64,000 bases of DNA from Macrostomum hystrix (taxonomy: Eukaryota; Animalia; Platyhelminthes): the NCBI GenBank assembly GCA_950097015.1, contig CATNEN010000002.1:2356001-2420000 (forward strand), in the 5' to 3' direction. Numbering within the stretch: the first letter of the stretch is position 1; each line of letters opens with the position of its first letter. The translations under genes and the position numbers were made by a program. Shown here in pieces: positions 12,521 through 24,111 of this stretch. The notes under the pieces were generated by a model. The model was given only the letters and a program-made list of their open reading frames with translations. It was not told the origin of the DNA and made no database searches.

Positions 12521-12812
12521 GGGGTTTAAGTCGCATAGCGGTCTAACGCGTTTGCCTCTGGCACCAAGGTCCCTGAGCTCGATTTCGCGGCGAGGCCCCA
12601 TTAATTTGTGGTGCAGAAGGCTTGTCGCGCAATTCACGTCCTTTTGGGCCAACCTCCAAGGCACAGTACACTGCATCACGATGATAAAGTCAGGGCAGAT
12701 GTACACAACTGTGTGCTCAGGAGTCAGCGAAATGGGCAGAATTGCCTCCTCGCTGGCCGCAGGTCTAGTGTCACCAAATGATGTGCCACTGGCCGTAGCC
12801 GTCCTGCAAGTA
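12521..12812 (+). mobile_element. tRNA-derived SINE family 1, copy with internal deletion
   Basis: A-box-like TCGCATAGCGG, B-box-like GCTCGATTTC, shared body and tail ...CAGCGAAATGGGCAGAATTGCCTCCTCGCTGG..., followed by an (ATT)n-like tail. Aligns by eye with the copies at 23098, 25601, 38585, 40428, 42380, 43640 and 54345. Confidence 0.8.
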
Positions 12813-13121
12813 ATTGTCATTATTATTAAGTTAACTGGCTTTCCCCATCAGAATAGGCTGATTAACTTCCCTCAGATGAAGAAGATTAGCTTTCCTGTGG
12901 TTGAGTAGATTGCAGCGTTCTTTCCAAATCGATACTAAGTTTTGCAGAAGTTTTCTTTCAGTAGGTGGTTTTGGTCCCTGAATTTCCGTCAACAGTCTAT
13001 AACTATTGGCAACAAGCGACAAAAAAGTAAAATTTGGCTTTATTTGACAAAATTTCTTTAAAACACGATGCTTTAGCCGCTGAACAGTAGGTTAAAACAG
13101 ACATCAGACTAATATTACACA

Positions 13122-16100
13122 ATGCAGCTCATGTTACTGAGCCATCTAGTTCTCATTCATGAGCTGGTTCTGACTGCCGCAGTCTACCATGAGCTCGATG
13201 GTCAGCTGGAGTCGGTGATCCAGTCCAACAGCAGCGGACTGCTCTTTGCCTACCTACGCCGATCGGCTAACACAGAGGCCGATGTGTTTCAGGGCTGCGC
13301 GACCGTGAACGCCACCCCCTCCTCCGCTGTCACTGACGATGGTCTGCAGGTGTTTCTAGACTACTTTGCTGGCAATGCGAGGTGAAAGTGAAACTGCTTG
13401 CAACTCATTAGCCCCCTCACCTGTCCTAAATCAGCCTGTCCTTATTTAACCTTCTTACCTGTCCCTAATTAACCTCCTCACCTGTCCTTAGCAAGCCTTC
13501 TAACCTATCCTTATTTAGCCTTCTCACCTGACCTTTATTTAGCATCTGCACTGGTCCTTATTAGCCTTCTTATTTGCCTTTGATTAGCCGCTGATATGTC
13601 CTTAATTGATATCAGCCTGTACTTAATTAACCTTCTCACCTGACCTTAATTAGCCTTCTTACCTATTCTTAACTAGCCTCCTCACCTATACTAAATTAGC
13701 CTCTTCACCTCTCCTTAAGTAAGCCTTCTAACCTGTCCTTAATTAACCTTCTCACCTGTCCTGAGTTAGTTTCCGCACCGGTCCTTATTTAGCCTCCAAA
13801 ACCTCTCTTTATTAGCCTTCTTACCTGTCCTAAATAAACCTCACATGTCCTTAATTCACCTCCTCACCTGTCCTTGGGGTCTTGGACTCCTCCAATCCCA
13901 ATGTCCTTAGTTGATATTTTGCGAAATCTTTAAAGATCTGCCAAAGCAAGCAGTTGCGCAGATCCTCAAAGTTAAAATTAAATCGCCCGTGTCACCGTCA
14001 GCTCTGTCGAAGAATTCAGCCTAGCCGGATGGCCTCGGCAGCTGCTGTTTCGCTTCAACTTGTCCTCGAATGCCAATGACACCAAAGTCTGGGAGAACGG
14101 CGACACCGTGATGTTCTCTAATTCTTCTTTTAGTAGCGGCTGCGGAGGTGGCAATAATTCCAAAATGGTGTTTCTACTGTCGCTGTTCCCCAACCAGGAG
14201 ACAGACTCCAAGGTCAATGCCACTGCCTGCATGGCTTCAACCCTCGCCGACTCGCTGAAGATCCTCTGTTCAACCGTCGACAACAATTCGACGATTTCTT
14301 CTTCGATCAGTTGGCGAGCATTGTGCTCAACGCCTTCAGTAGCAACTGGACTGTCCGGCTGTCCCGCCGGTGCGAACTGGCGCAGAGCAACCGGCCTTCG
14401 CCAGTGCCTCCATCTGGGACGCCCGGGCAGCGGCGCTGGTGACGATGTCGACGACTATTGCAGAATCATCGGTGGTTCCACGGCGCGGTTCCAGTCGCTG
14501 GCCGAGGCCACTGAGGCGGCGTGCGACATGGCTGACTGGCTGCTGCGAAGGAGAAACTTGTGAGTGACACACCGGCTCACTCACTGCACACCTGGGTGGA
14601 CCACGGGATGACCAAAGACTGTCTGTGCGAAGGAGAAACTTGTGAGTGACACACCAGCTCACTCACTGCACACCTGGGTGGACCACGGGATGACCAAAGA
14701 CTGTCTGTCTGTCTTCTCCCCAAAATTGAGAGTCAGTGGGAGTTTCTCCCCCCCCCCAAGGGGCAGTTTGAGCATTCTCTCAAACAATGTAAGCTGGTGT
14801 AAAGCTTCAGTGTCGTGTCACCGAACACAGTCCGATTCTGGCGCGGAGTCTGCTACGAAACATCAGCTGGTCCTTGGAGTGGCTGAATGTCACCACCATG
14901 CAACCTGGTAGCGACTCACGGATAAACCCGGACCTTAAACCCCATGTCCGTCCGTCCAGCATGGACAACTGCCTGGCAGTTCGCTGCGCTAAGAGGGACA
15001 AACAATGCGCAGGAATTTTCACAGCCTGCTCCATCGATACAGTCGCGAGTTCGAGCACTGACTATGAAAAGCCGCATCTCATTACCGTCTGCGAGACCAG
15101 CATTTCGATCACTGCAATGAGTGAGAACCACTGCTTATGTTAATCCAAATTTTCATTTTGCAGCATCCTTCTCCACCCTCTGACATCCTTCGCCACCCTC
15201 TGACATCCTTCTCCACCCTCTGACATCCTTCTCCACCCTCTGACATCCTTCGCCACCCTCTGACATCCTTCTCCACCCTCTGACATCCTTCGCCACCCTC
15301 TGACATCCTTCGCCACCCTCTGACATCCTTCTCCACCCTCTGACATCCTTCGCCACCCTCTGACATCCTTCTCCACCCTCTGACATCCTTCGCCACCCTC
15401 TGACATCCTTCTCCACCCTCTGACATCCTTCGCCACCCTCTGACATCCTTCGCCACCCTCTGACATCCTTCGCCACCCTCTGACATCCTTCGCCACCCTC
15501 TGACATCCTTCGCCACCCTCTGACATCCTTCGCCACCCTCTGACATCCTTCTCCACCCTCTGACATCCTTCTCCACCCTCTGACATCCTTCTCCACCCTC
15601 TGACAGCCTTCTAAATCCTCTGACAGCCTTCTCAATCCTCTGACAGCCTTCTAAATCCTCTGACAGCCTTCTCAATCCTCTGACAGCCTTCTCCATCCTC
15701 TGACAGCCTTCTCCATCCTCTGACAGCCTTCTCCACCCTCTGACATCCTTCGCCACCCTCTGACATCCTTCTCCACCCTCTGACATCCTTCGCCACCCTC
15801 TGACATCCTTCTCCACCCTCTGACATCCTTCTCCACCCTCTGACATCCTTCGCCACCCTCTGACAGCCTTCTCCACCCTCTGACAGCCTTCTCCACCCTC
15901 TGACAGCCTTCTCATCCCTCTGACATCCTTCTCCACCCTCTGACAGCCTTCTCCACCCTCTGACAGCCTTCTCATCCCTCTGACATCCTTCTCCACCCTC
16001 TGACAGCCTTCTCCACCCTCTGACAGCCTTCTCATCCCTCTGACATCCTTCTCCACCCTCTGAATCCTTCTCTATCCTCTAAGAGCCTTATCCATTCTCT

Positions 16101-18901
16101 AGGAGCCTTCTCCATTCTCTAGGAGCCTTCTCCATTCTCTAGGAGCCTTCTCCATTCTCTAGGAGCCTTCTCCATTCTCTAGGAGCCTTCTCCATTCTCT
16201 AGGAGCCTTCTCCATTCTCTAGGAGCCTTCTCCATTCTCTAGGAGCCTTCTCCATTCTCTTAGAGCCTTCTCCATTCTCTAGGAGCCTTCTCCTCGCCAG
16301 TCTGTAGGAACAGTCATTCCCATCCGATGCGTTGCACACAATAAGCAATCCATTCCTGAGCTACCTGCAGCCAACTGGGAGACAGCTTCCGAGACAATGG
16401 GCGTGAATCATTCTTGGGCTTCGATTTCCGCATTAGAGCATGGAACAAAAAGAATATTTACAAGAAAGGAAACCTCAATGAAGGAAGGTTATACAGTTGC
16501 TATCCGAATAGAATTGAATGTGTCCATCAATCTTCATTGTTCTGTTTAGCTTTTCCTCACCTTTTCTTCGCACTTATTTTGTAGAATAATTAGTAAAAAA
16601 GTTTTCTAGAAGCTTGCAGAAGAAAAGAGCATTGTGTCGATCCTTATCCGTCTAACAGGGTTCTCGTCTGTTAAACAGTCGAACAGTCTTCCAGTTTATC
16701 TAACAGGTTCCTACGTATCTAACAGGTTCCTGTGTATCTAACAGGTTCCTACGAATCTAACAGGTTCCTGTGTATCTAAAAGGTTCCTACGTATCTAACA
16801 GGTTCCTACGTATCTAACAGGTTCCTGTGTATCTAATAGGTTCCTACGAATCTAACAGGTTCCTACGAATCTAACAGGTTCCTGCGAATCTAACAGGTTC
16901 CTGTGTATCTAATAGGCTCCTGTGTATCTAACAGGTTCCTGTGTATCTAACAGGTTCCTGTGTATCTAACAGGTTCCTGTGTATCTAAAAGGTTCCTACG
17001 TATCTAACAGGTTCCTGTGTATCTAATAGGTTCCTACGAATCTAACAGGTTCCTACGAATCTAATAGGCTCCTGTGTATCTAACAGGTTCCTGTGTATCT
17101 AACAGGTTCCTGTGTATCTAACAGGTTCCTGTGTATCTAACAGGTTCCTGTGTATCTAACAGGTTCCTGTGTATCTAACAGGTTCCTGTGTATCTAACAG
17201 GTTCCTGTGTATCTAACAGGTTCCTGTGTATCTAACAGGTTCCTGTGTATCTAACAGGTTCCTGTGTATCTAACAGGTTCCTGTGTATCTAACAGGTTCG
17301 GACTGTGTATCTAAAAGGTTCCTGTGTATCTAACAGGTTCCTGTGTATCTAACAGGTTCCTGTGTATCTAATAGGCTCCTGTGTATCTAACAGGTTCCTG
17401 TGTATCTAACAGTAAAAAACGCAGCCAAAATCCACTGGAAGGTTGCGGCAACGAATCGCAGGCCTTCCACCGCCTTGGCAACAGCAGCAAGTGCATCGCT
17501 GGGCAGCTTACCTTGAATTCTAGTCTGCCCTATCGAACAGCCACCTGCCTGTCGATGAGAGGCGAGCTTTGGCGACCGGAAAACCTCAGCGAATGCGTCG
17601 ACCTGACCAACCTGCTGATTTCGGAGCTCAACCTGTGAGCACCTTCGAGCTCAAATCCTGTCGAGTCGATCTAATTAGCTCATTCACATTCAGCTGGCTT
17701 GTCTTCCATCTCACCCTCCTCTCACCCTCTTCTCACCTTCCTATCACCCTCCTCTCACCCTCCTCTCACCCTCCTCTCACCCTCCTCTCACCCTCCTCTC
17801 ACCCTCCTCTCACCCTCCTCTCACCCACCGTCATCTCCAGCAGCAGCACGGACTCCCTACTCCTCTTCACTGGCGCGCTGGTCTCCGTGACAACCAGCTG
17901 GCCTGAATTCCAACAGCCCACCGGCATGGCGTCCTCCTTGACCATCATTGGACTGGCCGATCCGTTGAATCCGTATTATCCGGCACTGGGCGACTCTCTG
18001 ACCTCCGGGCAGCTCTGCATGTCGCTGAGCACCGGCTTCGGGCACATCGCGAGCCGCCTCCTCATTGAGCACCCGTGCAGCAATTTCTTCGCTCACTATC
18101 TCTGTCTTATAGTGAGTCGATTCAATAATTCTTCTGCGCCGTTTATTTGACGAGTTACTTTCTACTTTTTCTACTTCCAGTAGTGTAGTTCAGTATTTTT
18201 ATGTAATACGAGTATTTACGTCCTTTTCTGGCCATCATGCTAGCCTGGCATACAAATAGACAATTTTTTCGTCATTTCTAATTTTAGAACGGTGAGCAAC
18301 TCGAGGCGGCAACAACAGCCCACAATGTCAGAGTTTCACAATCCGTTTCAACTTCGCACCCTGCATTCGCAAAAATTGATGCCGATCTTTAAGTAAAACG
18401 ATTGCCATTTGCCTATACATATCGTGTCATCCACAGATGGACCTCAGATGGTACCTCAGCCATCCTCATCTCACAGATTCAGCCTGAGTCAGATCGGATC
18501 TCAGTAATTCTAACTCACAGATTCACAGATCTCACGAGGCTAATAATTTCCCCTATCGGCAGAGTCCGGAGTGTGCAAAGGCGCTCAGGCAAATTGGCTT
18601 CTGCCATCGCAGCTAGCAGATGACTACCCGACGGATTCTGGAAAGTCATTGGCCTCACCAAATGCGGGCCTCAACTTGTCCGGCAATCCCCTTTTGTTGG
18701 CATTTCCTTCCTACTCGCTGCCGGGCCGGTTCTATCACCTGGGCTGCCTGCGGGGCTACGAGCCGGCCGCTCACAATGGCACTGACAGGCTGACACTCAA
18801 CTGTAGCCGGAGCACCGCCAATGCGTCCGTCTGGTGGCTGGACAGTCTCGGGACAGCGAGGCCGCTAACATTTGGCGACTCACCCTGTGTTAGGCATAAG
18901 G
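13122..18901 (+). CDS. Multi-exon secreted or cell-surface Cys-rich glycoprotein (partial); approximate exons 13122-13381, 13975-14559, 14790-15140, 17430-17636, 17830-18110, 18680-18901
   Basis: Signal-peptide-like start MQLMLLSHLVLIHELVLTAA. GC-rich coding blocks, most ending in GTGA(G) donors, with many N-x-S/T sequons and Cys/Trp patterns reminiscent of C-type-lectin or sushi-like modules. The last block ends in a donor, so the gene continues or is truncated. Domain identity not established. Confidence 0.5.
13420..13870. repeat. Degenerate ~21-bp minisatellite (CTTCTCACCTGTCCTTAATTAG-like)
   Basis: Imperfect tandem repetition within an intron. Confidence 0.8.
15165..16290. repeat. Two adjacent 20-bp minisatellites (CTCTGACATCCTTCTCCACC, 15165-16070; CTAGGAGCCTTCTCCATTCT, 16090-16290)
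   Basis: Tandem repetition; explains ORFs 15109-16056. Confidence 0.95.
16700..17410. repeat. 19-bp minisatellite (TCTAACAGGTTCCTGTGTA)
   Basis: Tandem repetition. Confidence 0.95.
17710..17825. repeat. 11-bp repeat (CTCACCCTCCT)
   Basis: Short tandem array just upstream of a coding block. Confidence 0.85.
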
Positions 18902-19864
18902 GTGAGATTGGACTGACTGACTGACCAAACCATTCAGGACGTTAATAGATTTATAACGTTAGAGAAATGCAAGGTAAAGTTTGTTTGGTAAGTGAAGGTT
19001 AACTTAGATGCTCACTTAACTGCTTCTCGGAGGCATACTTTTGCGAAAAAATCTATTTAACTTAACTCTTCGCGTTCCATGTAATTCAGGTGTAATAATT
19101 TCAATTTCGTGTTTACGGAATTTTACCGCAACGGTATTTCCATGGATTTTCCCTATTAGACATGAAATTCCAAAGAGGCGTCAGTGAGGAGAACCCGCGG
19201 AATTGCCGCGGATTATTTTATAACATATTCCTTTTACTAGCAATGGGGAGACGACGGCAATTCCACGGTTGGTCCACGAAATGATACCGGCAGCATATAA
19301 CAGGGAGAGACTGACGCCATGCTGATCAATGCTGTGAAATGGTGCATTTTCAGGCATCAATATAAATCAATGTGCAGACCTTCAGGTCCCATAAGGTACT
19401 ACTGCCATCGCCATTGCCAGAGCAACTACCGGACTCGGCAGTACCTTGTAGCAGCATGAAACCGGCCTAACTTCGAGTTTGATTGTAAGCTTCTGTTCAG
19501 CAGTTTCATTTTCATTTTATTTTAGCTTAGATGTATTCTAATCATCCAAGACTAGATTGCAGTATGTTTGTATGGCCACTCTTTTGTATTAATAAATTGT
19601 TGCTTGCATCATTTTACTTTCAGTCATATGAAGACGATCTACTTCCGAGAGCAGATGGCTTAGAAGAGCATTGATGGCTTGACATTGTCTCACATGACAT
19701 TTCGTATTTTACTCTCAGAGTAAAGATTATAGCATTTTTTGTTTCTAGATTTTTTATAAATCAAGTCATATGTCTTTTGCATCTCTGTCAGTTTGATTCT
19801 AACTTTACACGTTGTAACAAGTTTTTAAATTAACCAATTACCAAGCCAAAGCGTTTTTTGTGAG

Positions 19865-20566
19865 TTAGCTATGTTTTATTTTGATATGAGCCTCTATAAC
19901 AGTTCGGCAAATGGGACAGCTTTCTGACTGAAGTGCGCGGAAGCATATTTTACAGCAGCACAGATGTCTGCATGGCAGTAGCAGGATCTGCAGTGGCTGC
20001 TCCAGACAGATGCTACAGGTGAGCGGCCTGCCCGAAGGCTCCGAACTCCACTTCTCGAAGCTCGGCAACTTCTGTGGACGGTTGATCGGTTTGCAGTTCA
20101 TGTCTCGATCCTGGACTGGTGAGGCCTCGTCTCCCAGACTGCGCAGAAGCTGCGCCGCAGTCGCTGGTCGATGCGGCTGGATGACGTCGCTGGGAAGCTC
20201 GGTGGAGGCGTCGGTCTCGAGACCGAAGTATCGCCAGATCTGGCGCCGCAGCTCCTGGCTGAGTGCAGGGTTCTGCAGCATCCGGATCATCGGTACGATG
20301 ACCAACTCTTGTTGGATGTCCCTTAGCTCCAATAGCTTCTCCAGCAGATGGGGGCAGTGTGGTGATCGCAGGGCGTGAACCAGCCAGGCATTGTCGTGCT
20401 GAGACCAGTCAGACACTTGGAGGCCGCAGCGGAAGCAGATGGTCTCGCCGTGGCTTCCAATGCGAGCGTAGAATCCGCTCTCTGCCACCTCCATTGGTGG
20501 AATGTAGTGCGGGTACCAGTAGGCTTCGATAGACTGCCATCTGTTGTTGAAATCCGAGAAGTTCAT
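19865..20566 (-). CDS. Intronless inhibitor-of-apoptosis protein (single BIR + C-terminal RING), 233 aa
   Basis: BIR: AESGFY...CFRCGLQVSDW...H(ALRSPH)C, the C-x2-C-x16-H-x6-C pattern. RING: CSIC...LLPCRHLCCCKIC...CPICR. Uninterrupted ORF. Confidence 0.9.
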   Translation of the reverse strand: MNFSDFNNRWQSIEAYWYPHYIPPMEVAESGFYARIGSHGETICFRCGLQVSDWSQHDNAWLVHALRSPHCPHLLEKLLELRDIQQELVIVPMIRMLQNPALSQELRRQIWRYFGLETDASTELPSDVIQPHRPATAAQLLRSLGDEASPVQDRDMNCKPINRPQKLPSFEKWSSEPSGRPLTCSICLEQPLQILLLPCRHLCCCKICFRALQSESCPICRTVIEAHIKIKHS

Positions 20567-20877
20567 GTGGCTTTGATTAGTTTGTCCTTTGCTAAGCTAA
20601 GAGTAAACCTCACGAAATTCCATGGCAAAGCCGCGGAATGGCCGCGGCGCTACATATACCTAATACACCACGTGTACATTCACCACCCTTGTACAGTACG
20701 CTTGTATGTACAAATGTGTGCGTGAGTTATGTTAAAAAATCGTATAATCAGAGCGAGAGGCACAGATAGGGAGAGAGTGAGCAAGGCAGGTGGGTACTAT
20801 GTAAGTACTTGGTGGGCAGAAAATAAAACGGAATGCTGTTCATTTGAAAAGCGAAGTTCCCTTTCGGTCTTGAAGTA

Positions 20878-22327
20878 CACTCAGCCACATTGAAAAGTTT
20901 CCACCCTAGCGCGCGAAGGGGCAACGTTTTGGTCTGTGGAGATATTCGTGGTTTGAGCCATAGACAAATATATAATCCGGAATCGACCGAAGCAAAGGAA
21001 CAGCAAAGAAACAAAGTACGCGAGCATGGGTGACAACTCGCCCAGAACAGGGTCAGTCAGTAACGCGAAAGCAGCCACGTGAGTGCAGCAGAGCGCTCAC
21101 TCTCCGGGGCATCCCCAGAACCAGGCGTCGCAGAAAATCTTGCGGTAGTTGTTGCCATGCAGTAGACAGTGATTCGCGCAGTTGGGCAACATTTTGCGGC
21201 GGATTGTCGCGCCGAATCGAGCGCTTCAGGTAATCCCAAACGTGCTCTATGGGATTCATGTCCGGTGATCGGGACGGCCAGCGCAAGGTTCGCAGGTGCA
21301 GCAGCTCCTTCAGATGCGCCACAGCGGCTGCGCGATGCGGTGGGGCGTTGTCGTCTTGGAGGACGCAGTTCCCCACGCCACCACATGAAGCATCAATGAA
21401 GGGCAGCAGGCGCGTCTGTAGAAGGTTGGCGTACGACTCGGCAGTCACAGTCGCATCCAGGAACACGAGCTCCGTCTTCGCGTGCATTTTGATGCCTGCC
21501 CACACGTGAATAGAAGCTGACTGGCTCTCAGAGTTTTGCACGTGCTGCGGCAGCATCTCCTGGCGCGGCTGGCGCCACACGCGAATGCGGCCGTCGGCAC
21601 GGAACAATCGAAAGCGGCTCTCATCTGTGAAAATCACTCGCCGCCACTGCTGCTGCCTCCAGTGGACCCTTTGCATTGCCCATTGTTCCCGGCTGGCCAC
21701 ATGGGTTGGGGTCAGGCGTGACCGTTTGCGCATCTTACGGGATCGCAGCCCCGACTCCCGCAATCGTCGTCGGATGGTTTGGGCGCTCAGGACATTCCCT
21801 CGCCTGCTTCTTTCAGCCCACATCAGCCGTAGCAGGGTGGCTGGCAATGTGGGGCTTCCCTTTACCATTCGCAGCAATCGCCGGTCCGCCCTCCTAGTTG
21901 TACTGCGCATATTGAGCCGCAGGCCGCGCGTGGCGTGCGCCACGCTGCCCGTTTCTCTGCACTTGATCTGCAGTTTGCGGATTGCTGTGTGTGACCGCCC
22001 AATTTGGCGAGCAACAGCTCGGATGGACATCCCAGCGTCCAGCATGCCAATGGCGCGCGCTCGTTCCAGGTCGGTCATTTGTCGAACCATTGCGTTCGGT
22101 TGCGAACGTGGATTTTAGACTCCTGTAAGATGCTGCTGTCTGCTCCATGTGACTGTTTCCTTCGACTTGTCTGGCGTCTATGACCCAAGTTTTTGAATTC
22201 TATGGCCCAAGTGCGTGTTGACGAAATCATCAATCGTCTATGGCACAAGTCTGGCGACAAAAACCAGTTTTGAAACTCTAAATATACAACTTGCGCGAGG
22301 GTGGAAACTTTTCAATGTTGCTGAGTG
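20878..22327 (-). mobile_element. Complete Tc1-family DNA transposon, 1450 bp
   Basis: TIRs CACTCAGC(C/A)ACATTGAAAAGTTTCCACCCT at both ends, flanked by TA (20876-20877 and 22328-22329), enclosing one transposase ORF. Confidence 0.95.
21053..22090 (-). CDS. Tc1 DD34E transposase, 345 aa
   Basis: N-terminal HTH (RAVARQIGRS), VIFTDES, LQDDNAPPH...SPDMNPIEHVW; 34 residues between the second catalytic D and E (counted). Confidence 0.95.
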   Translation of the reverse strand: MVRQMTDLERARAIGMLDAGMSIRAVARQIGRSHTAIRKLQIKCRETGSVAHATRGLRLNMRSTTRRADRRLLRMVKGSPTLPATLLRLMWAERSRRGNVLSAQTIRRRLRESGLRSRKMRKRSRLTPTHVASREQWAMQRVHWRQQQWRRVIFTDESRFRLFRADGRIRVWRQPRQEMLPQHVQNSESQSASIHVWAGIKMHAKTELVFLDATVTAESYANLLQTRLLPFIDASCGGVGNCVLQDDNAPPHRAAAVAHLKELLHLRTLRWPSRSPDMNPIEHVWDYLKRSIRRDNPPQNVAQLRESLSTAWQQLPQDFLRRLVLGMPRRVSALLHSRGCFRVTD

Positions 22328-22696
22328 TATACGTGTCGGATTATAATCCTCCAATTCTTCGCCTCTTTTGGGCCTTCGCCTTCGTCTTACGTTTTCATGT
22401 ACTTTTAGTCCCCTTAACACATTAGTTGCAGCTAACCTTATTTATTGTCTGTGACCTCATCCATTTGCGTTTACCACTTTTATATCTATGTACAAGACCA
22501 CCTCTCCGTTACAGGTTCTCTTAGCGTGTAAGCGTGCCCTCAAGCGTGTCCATGTTCCTTTCTATCTGCCTTGCCTTCGCTTCCACTGCCACTAAATAAA
22601 CTACATATCTACCAAACTATACTAACTTAGTTGATTGTCATAACGACAATACGAGACGTTGATATTGTCATGCATTATGAATACAATTTATATATT

Positions 22697-22731
<35 letters not shown>

Positions 22732-23097
22732 AATAAATATAATATAAATATTTAAGAACAGGCGAGTTGAATTGCCCTATAGTTAAAAAATATGCATTAT
22801 GTTTTCATATAAAACATAACGTCCTGCAGCTCTCACAGCAGTAGACCAGGCATTTTCCCCCGGGGAAAACCGCGCGGCTTATCTCAAATACCCACTACCT
22901 ACTTCTCGAAAGTTCCCAAACAAATTGAACGGTTTTCGTGAAAGTCAGCCGTCTTATAAATCCAAATTTTACGCCTATTGCAATGAACTGTCTGACGTCA
23001 GCATCGTTGTGATATTCAGCGAATTTATCGAAGATGAGCTTTATCTTTGGCGAAGCCATATCGGTTTATTAATATTATAATCAAAAATAATATCCGG

Positions 23098-23450
23098 AGG
23101 GAGTCGGTCGCAGAGCGGTTAACGCATTGGCCTCTCGCACCAAGGTCCCTAAGTTCGATTCCACGGAGAGGCCACATTTATTTGGGGTGCAGCCACGGAG
23201 AGAAGGCTTGGGGGCTTGTCGTGCCATTTACACCATTGAGGGCCAATCTCCAAGACACAGTGAAAGTGTACACTTCCTGACAATGAGTAAGTCAGGGCAG
23301 ATGTACACACTTGTGTGAGGGTGATTGCCTGCGTACGGTATCTGTGTGTGTGTGTGCTCAGGAGTCAGCGAAGTGGGCAGAATTGCCTCCTCGCTGGCTG
23401 CGGGTTTAGTGTCACAAAAAATGAGGTGCCATTGCCCGCAGCCCTCCTGC
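23098..23450 (+). mobile_element. tRNA-derived SINE family 1, near full-length copy
   Basis: A-box TCGCAGAGCGG, B-box GTTCGATTCC (23153-23162), body with hairpins and a (TG)n tract, and an AT-rich tail. Confidence 0.85.
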
Positions 23451-24111
23451 ATTTAATTAAGAATAAAAGCAAACAAATTTCCATGATGAAGTTTTGTGAG
23501 CAGAAAAAGCAGAAAGTGTTAAGGGTAGGTGTGGCGTCCCCGACTGCACATCTGGTGCAAGTGTAGTAAATTATTAGATGACCTCATGTTCATTCATGTC
23601 CGTTATTCCTACTTCCATGTAAGTGGGGTCAACTTCGAGATGATGGAATCTGATCTACGAGATTCGTATTTGAGATCTCGTATTTGATGGGGAAGCCCAG
23701 TTCTGAATGCTTCTCTGTGGGATATTGTAATGGCAGCTTTCCAAATTCTGTGCTGGCTCTATTACTGTATGTGCTCTCACTTACTTTACGTATATTGCTT
23801 TGCTGTTCCTGAAGATATGAACTCATCTCTATAGTAGGAACATAATATAGTAGCGGCCCAATTGCAACTAAAAGTGTAAATTATTAACTGCTACTTACGC
23901 TAAAAAGTTAAATAAAAGTTATACTCTACTTGTGTTCTTTATGCAGTATGTATTCAAGTGTAGAGTTATATTTCCATCGGACATTTCTCTGTCTTCGGCA
24001 TAATTAAATTCCACCAATCGTGTTGTTCTACAAACTCTCTTTAGTGACTGCGGTAGTTCTTTGGAAGTGGCGTGTACAGGTAAAAGTGTCAGAATGGTCA
24101 GATCGTGCTGT

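Noticed and set aside
15109-16056. GGEGCQR repeat ORFs
   Set aside because: Artefacts of the 20-bp minisatellite.
20729-22640. Solo LTR hosting the Tc1 insertion
   Set aside because: An AATAAA-containing LTR-like stretch exists at about 22590, but I could not identify matching TG...CA ends with a TSD.
23098-23170. Functional tRNA gene
   Set aside because: A and B boxes are present, but there is no acceptor stem or proper cloverleaf, and it continues into a repeated SINE body. The same applies to 37848-37915.
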